From: Chrysochromulina tobinii
Lineage: Eukaryota
Direction of reading: 5' to 3'
Assembly (NCBI GenBank): GCA_001275005.1
Contig: JWZX01002778.1
Coordinates: forward strand, 1-34,180
DNA: 34,180 nt
This document shows, piece by piece, positions 19,786 to 28,400 of the stretch; the stretch's first letter is position 1, and every line of letters begins with the position of its first letter. The notes beneath the pieces were generated by a model. It saw nothing but the letters and a program-made list of their open reading frames with translations. It searched no databases and was not told where the DNA came from. Made by a program: the position numbers and the translations under genes.

Positions 19786-22136
19786 ATGGCTCACATCATT
19801 GCGCAGGCCGCATTGCTGCTGCGGCAGCTCTCGCCCGCGGACATTGCATCAGATGAAGCTGCCGAGCTACGCGAGGTGGGTCTCGCGCTCTTTGGACGGC
19901 TGGCGATAAAGCAGGCCTACGGTGAGAAGGACGTGGTAGAGTTCCTAAGGGAGCAGGCAGGCCACCGAACGCTGCTGAAGCGCCTGGAAAAATTGCAGAA
20001 GCAGATTAATGCGGAGCACGATCGTCGCTGCGCAGAAGCGCAGAGCGCTGGCATTAACCGTGCGCGGCAGGCAACCATGCAGGCCATCGAGGCCGCATCC
20101 GCCGAGGCCGATGACGAGGCCGCTGTGGAGCTCATCAAACAATCCACAGACCATGCAGGCACCCCTGCACCGCATCCATCGGAGCCGTGCAGTGAGCTCG
20201 TCATGGCTCCGCCGAGTGTCGCGGCACCGCCCTCGGGCCCACCGCGACTGCCTCCGCGCGCGTCGATCGATGCAGCCGTGAGCGACGCGGGTGAGGTGGG
20301 CAGCGCTGTCGCAAGCGCGGCGCGTCTGCCTGTGGGCAGCTTCCGTCGTGCGTGCGGCGTGTGCAAGCGCTCATACGCCGACGTGCACGACTTCTACCAT
20401 CGCCTATGCCCCACCTGCGCCGAATTCAACCTTGCAAAGAGGCTGCAGTCGGCCAACCTAGGGGGGTACGTGGCACTCGTCACAGGCGGCCGTGTGCGCA
20501 TCGGGTGCGCGATCGTCCTCCGGCCTGATTGCCTCAGATTGCGAGCTCTGACGTCCTCTGATGAGCTCTGCTCAAAGGTACGAGATGAGATCGTGCTCAA
20601 GCTGATCTCAAGCTGATGACCTCACTGATGACCTCACTGATGACCTTACTGATGACCTCCCTTGATTGCCATCCCTAATTAGGTACGAGATCGTGCTCAA
20701 GTTGCTCCGAGCGGGCGCGCATGTGATCGCGACGACGCGCTTCCCCTCCGACGCGGCACAGCGTTATGCCCGTGAGCCTGACTTTGGGACGTGGTGTGAA
20801 CGGCTTGAGGTCGTGGGTCCGCTTGAGCTCGCCAACGTCCGACAGGTGGAGGCTCTGAGTGCCTCGGAGTGCCTCGGAGTGCCCCTGAGTGCCCCTGAGT
20901 GCCTCTGATGTCCGGCAGGTGGAGGCTTTTGCCGCGGCGCTGCGTGAGCGCTTCTCGCGGCTGCACATCCTGATCAACAACGCCGCACAGACCCTCACAC
21001 GCGAGCCTGGCTGGTTTCTGCGCATGGATCGTCTCGAGAGCGTCGCCGCCGCCGCGCTGCCAGCTGAGGGGCGCGCACTGCTTGTCCACTCGGAGGCCTA
21101 TCTGCTCAGGACGGCGCTCCGTGCTGGCCTACCCTCCGCCGAGAGTGCTGCCGCGGCGTACGTCGGCAGCAGCAGCGGCGGCGGCGCAGGCAAGGGCGAC
21201 CCTCACACTGCAGGTGGCACTGCATGTGGCGTCCTGCTTCCGGCGGGACGAGCGCACGCGGCGAATGGGTTGGAGGAGGCTCTTACACCAAGTTTGAATG
21301 CACACCAGGAGGCCCTTGCACCGGATGCGCCAGCGGGGGGTTGCCTTGTACACTCCCCCGCCGTCGCCGGTGCGATTGTGATGGCCAAGGGGCTGGGAGC
21401 CGCTGCCGCGCAGTCGGATGACGGTGGCGGACATGGCAGTGAGGTAGGCTTGTCCGCGGCGGACCTAGCCGCCTTTCCCGAAGGCAAGCTCGATGAGACG
21501 TGGCAGCCCCTCGACCTCTCTACACAGGTGATTCCCACTGGATTGCCTCTGGTGTGAATTCACACTTGATTGCCTCTGAATGGGCGCGCCATCTATGTGA
21601 AGCCCCCTTCTCTCCCGGCCTGCTCACACCAGAACTCGTGGTCGCGCCGTATCGGCGAGGTCTCAACCTCCGAGCTGCTCCACACGCTCAGCGCCAACAC
21701 CGTCGCCCCGTTTGTGCTGTGCGGCGCGCTCCGGTCGCTGCTGGCGGCGCCCGAGGACGATCCCGACGCGCCCTACGGACACATCATCAACGTGTCCGCT
21801 CTCGAGGGCAAGTTTTCGGTGGGTAAAAAGGGGTCCGGGCACCCCCACACGAACATGAGCAAGGCCGCGCTCAATATGCTGACGCTCTCAAGCGCAGGAG
21901 GCTTCTTTTCGGAGAGGGTGCTCGTGAACGCCGTCGACACCGGGTGGGTGACCGATATGGCGCCGGGCGGAGTGGGCGCCGTGGCCGCGACGCACGCGAC
22001 GCACGTTGGGCCGCCGCTCGACGCCATCGACGGCGCGGCCCGCGTGCTAGATCCCATCTTCAGCCACGTGCGCGACCCACGCGGCTTTCTGGTGCGAGGC
22101 AAGTTCTGGAAGGACTACTGCGTGTCTAATTGGTGA
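19786..22136 (+). CDS. Atypical short-chain dehydrogenase/reductase with N-terminal CxxC..CxxC; 4 exons (19786-20504, 20683-20845, 20919-21527, 21633-22136)
   Basis: Splicing three GT-AG introns joins four track ORFs in frame, giving TGGRVRIG|YEIVLKLLRAGA, NVRQ|VEAF..LINNAAQT and LDLSTQ|NSW. It also has HPHTNMSKAALNM and VDTGWVTD. Confidence 0.88.
20505..20682 (+). other. SDR intron 1 (178 bp) containing (CTGATGACCTCA)4-like repeats and copies of the next exon start
   Basis: GT at 20505 and AG at 20681-20682; removal restores the Rossmann motif GY. Confidence 0.8.
20846..20918 (+). other. SDR intron 2 (73 bp) with 10-bp CTGAGTGCCY-like repeats, flanked by an 18-bp direct repeat
   Basis: CAG|GT...CAG|GT; removal restores the frame. 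Confidence 0.85.
21528..21632 (+). other. SDR intron 3 (105 bp)
   Basis: CAG|GTGATT...CACCAG|AAC; removes an in-frame stop; contains GATTGCCTCTG twice. Confidence 0.85.
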
Positions 22137-22348
22137 CCTGCCGGAAAGTATCGTGGGGGCGAAATTTGTAGATGCGACCGGAGGAGTGTGGCTGCAAGAT
22201 GGTAGGTCCCATCCGGGGAATTCACAGTTGGAAGTTTCACGCAGTCACACGCATGTGGAGAATAATCGGCCTCCGGACTCAGGGGACGCACCCTCGTCCC
22301 GTTGATTAATGGAGAATCCGATGCCGCCGTCTTCTCTCGACCACGCTC

Positions 22349-25300
22349 ATGACGCGAATCCTGAACGCTGAAGCTATGAACCTCGCGACCCCTGGCAAGG
22401 ACACCTCGAACCCCGACAAGCCGCCGCCAAAGAAAGCGCTCTTCTCATCGCCGCCGGCGCACACGTACACCACTGACAAAAATCTAACACCAAGCACGAC
22501 CGAGAAGCGCAACACTCGGGAGAGCAACTGGGTGCTTCTGCGCGGAGCTAGCATCGACACGAAGCCCGAGCAGAGGGTCAAGGACACGATCGAAGTTATC
22601 GAGACCGAGCCACTGCTCGAGGGCATCATGTTCACGAAGCCGCTTGAGGTGACCTCGACTGCTCTGGTCAAGATCACAACCGGGTCGCTCGACGGCTCCG
22701 CAGTGCACATGCATCAGAACCTCGTATTTCTGAAGGAAGGGCTCCCGAACATGCAGGCGATGCTCGTGCTTCCCAAGACGGCCTGCGTCGGCGCGCTCGC
22801 CTCGCAGCTTGCAGGGTGCTACGGCGTCTACCAGCGCATCCAGCACATGACGCAGAAGGAGAAGTGGGACGAAGCCCGCCTCGCATGGATGAAGAACGTG
22901 GACAAGCTGTTTGATACCGGCACTACTGGCGAGTTCGAGATGAGCTTCGAGCGCAGCGTCGATCGCCACAAGGACAAGATCAAGTATTGCTCTGACGCTA
23001 TGGCTCTTGGCTTCGCGTCGTGGGCGCTCCCGCAGGTGATCAACTCGCTCGTCGCGGCTCTCAAACTCGAGGAGTGGATGGTCGCCGACCCTGATTGGGA
23101 CGCCGCGGACGTTGACGACCCGGCCAATGCGGAAAAGTTGGGGGCTATGCGCAAGCATTTTCACGAGTTTCAGACTGAGCTCAATTCAGCGCTCAAGGCG
23201 CTCGGGATCCAAGGTCCAGAGCGCGACGACGGGTGGGTCGCCTACCCCGTGGACAAGACGGTGGAGATCACGGCGAAGGGGCTAGAGGTGCTGCGCCTCC
23301 CGTCTGGCGACAAGGTCGAGGTGAAGAAGCTCATCTCCACCGAGGAGCTGCTCTCCGGGGTCGATGTCTACGTCGCGCCTCAGGCCGGCATCTTCAACAT
23401 CAAGCGTGCCTTCCGCGAGGGCGGAGACGGACTCGAGGCCGTGATCACAGAGCTGGGCGACGACGTCAGCCAGATCATCCCGCGCATTGAGATGGACACG
23501 GAGGCGACTGGGCTGATCAAGCTCACGCTCCGCATCAAGCTGACGTCGGAGAAGGCCGTCGAGAAGAAGCTGCAGGCGCTCTGCAAGGACTCGCGCAACG
23601 AGCTGACGGAGACCAAGGGCGTGCCGACGAAGCTCGCATCAGGCGACGAGGTGCGCATGATCTGGTCGGGCGACCTGGGCACGGCACGCGTGCGCAACGG
23701 CCTCAATCGCATTGCTGCAATCACGGCCGAGCAAGGCATCAAGAACTCGGAGGAGGTCAAGAAGCTCAAGGGCGAGCTGGAGAAGCAAATCAAGGTGAAC
23801 GTCGATGCCATCCTCGAGCAGGATGCCAAGATCACGGCGTACTCCGCGCACATGCAAGGGCTCATGGACAAGCAGGCCACAGTGATGACCGAGATGCAGA
23901 ACCAGCACGCTTCGGCAATGGATGACCTTCACAAGCAGATGGCGGCGAGTGAGGTGGCGCACACGACGCACACGACGGACCTGCACAAGCAGATGGCGGA
24001 CACGGACGCGCAGCACGCGGCAGCGATGGACGACCTGCGCAAGGTGGTCCTGCAGCAGCAGCAGCAGATGGGCGACATGCAACAGTTGGTCCAGCAGCAG
24101 CAGCAGATGCAGCTCACCTTCACGACGCAGTTTGGCGATCTCTTCAACTTCATGAACGCTGTCACTGCCGAGATGATCGAGCAGCGCAACGCGGTGAAGG
24201 CCTCGGTGATGGCTATCAAGGAACTCAAGGACGGTCAGGCGGCAGGGTATGTGGATGCGATAACACGGCGGCAGTGCGCGGTGCTGCGTCAGGTCTTTGC
24301 CATGCACAAGCGAGTCACCGCTCTTGCATCTCTCGTACGCACAGGTCCGACTGAGAAGCGACTGGTGGAGGACGACGTGATGAGTCAAGACTCCCAGGTA
24401 GGAGAGGGGGATGGGACGAAGGCAGACGAGCAGGCTAATGTCGAGGGCAAGCATGGCGCGAGCCGTGGAGGGGACGTGCGAGCCCGCGAAGGAGACGCAG
24501 CCGTAGGCGCAGCTGCGTGCGCGAGGCTGACCTCGGACACCCGAGGAGCCGATGGACCTAACTGGTCGGCAGAGCCCGGTGGACGAGTGCCCCATGAGGG
24601 TGGACAGAGCATAAACTGTGCCGTGAGAGAGAGCGGGAGCACTCGAGATCACCGATCCGGAGAGAGTCCGCCATGGATCAATCGGCGAGGAGGGGCGAGT
24701 GGCATGTTAGACGGACTGTGTGGCATATCGACTCTGGGCGTGTCATACGTCGAGTTTGTGTCTATGTCTCCATCGATACCTATGTCGGCTTCGAGGATCA
24801 ATTCACTGCCAGTCCGCAGCGTCATAGAGCGTCGAGTCGGGCACGACAAGTTTGGAGTTTTTGCGAGCACGCGTGGTTTTCATGTGATACTCGTTCTACT
24901 TCTCAGCTGCGCGGCACGATGCGAGGCGTTCTCTGGAGTTGCTTCGTGTTGCACGACGATGGAGCTGCGACGCGCGGACGATGCGACTCTACTGTGTCGG
25001 GATACGACGGAGATGCGTTGCTACGATCAGGCGGTGTTGCAACGCTTTGGGATCACAGGGCGTGGGGCCTCGTGCGGCGACGTGGGGTCGGCGTTTTGGA
25101 AATGCTTCGACACGATCGAAGGTAATCCAACACCAACGGCGATCGGCGCAGCAACCGAGCGAGAGGCAGAGCCAGAGCCTAGCCCGAGGTGCATCGCAGA
25201 GCACCCTGCCACGCCGGCCACCGCGGCACGCTCGATGCGCACCTCGACCGTCCCACTATACTCTCGGCCGACGCCAAAGTGCACGCCGATCGGCACGCCG

Positions 25301-25447
25301 CGCACCTCGGCGGCCCTCTGGCCGTTGATGTGCCACGCGAGCACGCCGCCGGCGAGCGTCATGCGGATCCGATCTGGGCACCAGATGGTCAAAATGAGAG
25401 CGGGGAGCGATCGACAGACAGGCAATCATCGACGGATACGCCGATGA
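22349..25447 (+). CDS. Retrotransposon ORF1 (1032 aa) with a long coiled coil
   Basis: Lies upstream of the pol ORF; heptad-rich Q/M/K/E region at about aa 460-640 with three 18-aa units (DLHKQMA). No CCHC knuckle seen. Confidence 0.7.
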   Translation: MTRILNAEAMNLATPGKDTSNPDKPPPKKALFSSPPAHTYTTDKNLTPSTTEKRNTRESNWVLLRGASIDTKPEQRVKDTIEVIETEPLLEGIMFTKPLEVTSTALVKITTGSLDGSAVHMHQNLVFLKEGLPNMQAMLVLPKTACVGALASQLAGCYGVYQRIQHMTQKEKWDEARLAWMKNVDKLFDTGTTGEFEMSFERSVDRHKDKIKYCSDAMALGFASWALPQVINSLVAALKLEEWMVADPDWDAADVDDPANAEKLGAMRKHFHEFQTELNSALKALGIQGPERDDGWVAYPVDKTVEITAKGLEVLRLPSGDKVEVKKLISTEELLSGVDVYVAPQAGIFNIKRAFREGGDGLEAVITELGDDVSQIIPRIEMDTEATGLIKLTLRIKLTSEKAVEKKLQALCKDSRNELTETKGVPTKLASGDEVRMIWSGDLGTARVRNGLNRIAAITAEQGIKNSEEVKKLKGELEKQIKVNVDAILEQDAKITAYSAHMQGLMDKQATVMTEMQNQHASAMDDLHKQMAASEVAHTTHTTDLHKQMADTDAQHAAAMDDLRKVVLQQQQQMGDMQQLVQQQQQMQLTFTTQFGDLFNFMNAVTAEMIEQRNAVKASVMAIKELKDGQAAGYVDAITRRQCAVLRQVFAMHKRVTALASLVRTGPTEKRLVEDDVMSQDSQVGEGDGTKADEQANVEGKHGASRGGDVRAREGDAAVGAAACARLTSDTRGADGPNWSAEPGGRVPHEGGQSINCAVRESGSTRDHRSGESPPWINRRGGASGMLDGLCGISTLGVSYVEFVSMSPSIPMSASRINSLPVRSVIERRVGHDKFGVFASTRGFHVILVLLLSCAARCEAFSGVASCCTTMELRRADDATLLCRDTTEMRCYDQAVLQRFGITGRGASCGDVGSAFWKCFDTIEGNPTPTAIGAATEREAEPEPSPRCIAEHPATPATAARSMRTSTVPLYSRPTPKCTPIGTPRTSAALWPLMCHASTPPASVMRIRSGHQMVKMRAGSDRQTGNHRRIRR

Positions 25448-28400
25448 CCATTACGAATACGGCAGGCGGAGTCGAACTCGCCTTTACGCAACAGTCAGCG
25501 CGCGTGCGGGGAGCATCTTGGCGCGTTACGAGATGCAACAGCACGGTGGCGGTTCCGGACGGCTTGCGACGGCGACGCCTTCGCTGGCACGTCAGCCGAC
25601 GAGCATGGAAGAGGCTAATGAGGTCGCTGCGTGGGAACACAGTTGCAGACATGTTCAACGTCGCGCTCTGGAACGCGCGCGAATTCCATGCGGACGCGTG
25701 TCCTGCTCACGAGGCTTCTCGAGCGAAAGCGCTGTGGATCATGCGAAGGTTACAGGAGGAAGATGTTGACGTCTGCTTCCTGCTCGAAGTGATGGGATCA
25801 CAGGATGCGTTCACAGCTAAGACCTATGGGTTGCGAGCTATGGCGAAGAAGGTTGGCTATGTGGTTCGCTGGATGGTTGGCGAGGGTGGGAGCCAGCGTG
25901 AGCAGCGGCAAAGCGGAGTATCCTTTACCAATGGCATTGCCGTACTCGTTAAGCAAGCGACCTGCGCCATCGAACGACACGTGCGGCTCGAGGAGAGGGT
26001 TCTGGGCGTATGGATCCAAGGTCGGGGAACAAAGGAGCGAATCCAGACGAGGATTGCCGCAGTTCACGGGCTGCATTACGACGGTACCTCGAACTTCGTG
26101 AAACAACTGCAGGCCACGTATGCGTGGGCGGCCGACCCAGCGCAGACCGTGAAAGGATGTCTCGTGGTGGGCGATTTCAATTATGTTGCCGACGAAGCGT
26201 GGCGATCGTCGCACGCAACACTGAGCGCCAACGACCGGGCGTTTCGTGATTACAGCTCGCAGCCGGGGGCTGAATACGTCTTACCTGTTGCTTCACAACC
26301 TTTGGTCGTTTGGACTCGGAAGGGCGGGGACGTTGCCGAGACGAGCAATTCCGAAGGCTTTGGATCCATGCTCGATGGCGCCGTCACGATAGGATCCGAG
26401 TGTGGGTGTTGGAGGAGGACTGTGGTGGATTTCGCTTTCAGCCATGACGGCCCGGCGACGGGCACAGCCAAGCCGCTCTCTGATCACGCGTGGGTCACCT
26501 TCTCCAGAGAGATTCCACAGTTGGAGCTTAGAGGGGAGAAGCGACCTTTATCGGCACTATCAAGAGGTGATGTGCAAGCCAAGGACAGTTATCGAGATCG
26601 CGTGCGAGAAGGCGACGTTGTCGAGGACCTTTTATCGGTGCGAGGATTGGTTCACGCGACTTCCTCTGCGGTTCGATTGCTACGAAGAGCGGCTGAGCAG
26701 GCCGTGGCGGAGGTGCGGAGACGTCGTGAGGATCGGCCGCTGGAGACGGCGCACAGGTGGCGCAGGTGGCTGCAGGAGGCGTATGCGGCGCGGCGCCAGG
26801 GTCTGGCACCGCACGAGGTGCATGGTGGCCTTTTCAACTACCACTCGCGTCTATGGCTCATTCGTGAGAGATATAAGGGAGCTGGAGACGATGTATGTTG
26901 GTCCAAGATCATCAGGCGCTGTCGACGGTGCTGGACGAGGGCGACCCAGAGACTTGTGTTTCGGCAGCAGCGGGAGGATAGGCGTCTTCGCGAGCTATCG
27001 CTGAGCATCGTCGAGGGCAAAGGCAACAAAGACCTTGCGCAGGTGGCGATGCGAGCCTGGAAGGCGATCCGCCCGCAGCGCGTCAGCTTGGCGTTCGATC
27101 GATTTCACCCAAAAGATGACGTTCACAGCGCCCCAACTCTCGCGGCTGACGACCCGGACGCTTTTCTAAGTGGGCTTGCACGTGAAGGCGATCGATTAGT
27201 TCATGGTCTCTCGTCCACTCCGCCGATCATTGAGGCGTTCAAAGCCTTTTGCAAGGTCTTTTGCCCAACCTACGACACACTACGTGGACGTGACGGCGGT
27301 GAGTGGGAACTCTCCAAGGAGCTGACTTTCCCAGTCTTTTTGCAAGTGCTTCAGCGCGTTCCGAGGGGGAAAGCCGTGGGGTACGGCGGCTTTTCCATCG
27401 AACTTCTCATTCACGCCGATCGGGGGATCAAGAGAGCCTTCTATGATTGCCTTATGGCGGATTTGCGGGGAGGAGAGTTCCCACCGTCGTGGCGGAAGGT
27501 CATCTATACGTGCTGCTAACGAAGCCGCCGCCGAGTAATCCCGCACTGATCTCCGAGAGACGAGAAATTGCCTTGATGGCGCAGGACATGAAGCTGATCA
27601 TGCACATGGTGCGTGCAACGGCGTATCGGCTCATTACGGGTAGACTACGATCCGAGCAGTGCGGCTGGCTGCCTGGGTACGGCACTGTCGATGCTGGGCT
27701 CCCGTTGGCAGCCGTGATACAGCAGGCGCAGCGCCTACATCAATCGATATGGATACTGTACGTCGATCTGGCGACGTTCTTTCCTCGTATTGACCGTGAG
27801 GCTCTCACCGTCGCCGAGCTGTTGGTCGGGCTCCCCCCGCAAGTTATTGAGCTGGTTGGGCAAATTTACGGCGCTGGACGAGCGGTGGCAGAGGAAGCGG
27901 TTGAGTGCCAATTCGACACGTCCATCGGACTCAGTGCCTCTTTCCGAAATCACATGGGAGCCTTGATGGGGGAGGTGCTCTCTCCTGATCGAGCGAAAAT
28001 CATTCTCAACTCGATCTTGTGGGCGATCAAATTGCACGTGCACGGGGTGCAGCTCTTTGGGTTTGGGGAGGATGAGGAGGGATGCATTCGTGCGATTGCG
28101 AGCTTGGCCTACGCACAGACGATTGGGCGGGTACGTTTGGCAGCGAGGCGGATCTGAGGCGTGCCTGGGCGATATGGAGCGTTTGGGTCCCGATCTCCGG
28201 CTCTAAGTTGGGCATCAAAGGCAAACTCAAGACCGTCGTCACGGGAGTCATTCGAGATGGGCAGGGCAAGGAGAGCGATATCCCTGACCCGCAGCTTGTC
28301 ACGCTCGATGGCGTCCGCGTGCCTACTCTTTCGCGGAGTGAGGCCTACAAACATCTAGGGGTGCTGCGCGCGGCAATAGGCGGAGATGGGGCGGCGGCCG

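Noticed and set aside
22200..22348. HDV-like ribozyme in the 5' UTR
   Set aside because: CCCTCGT resembles the L3 loop, but I could not build the P1/P3 pairings.
27499..28123. Programmed ribosomal frameshifts in the RT
   Set aside because: No slippery heptamer; both breaks are simple dinucleotide duplications, and one splits YADD.
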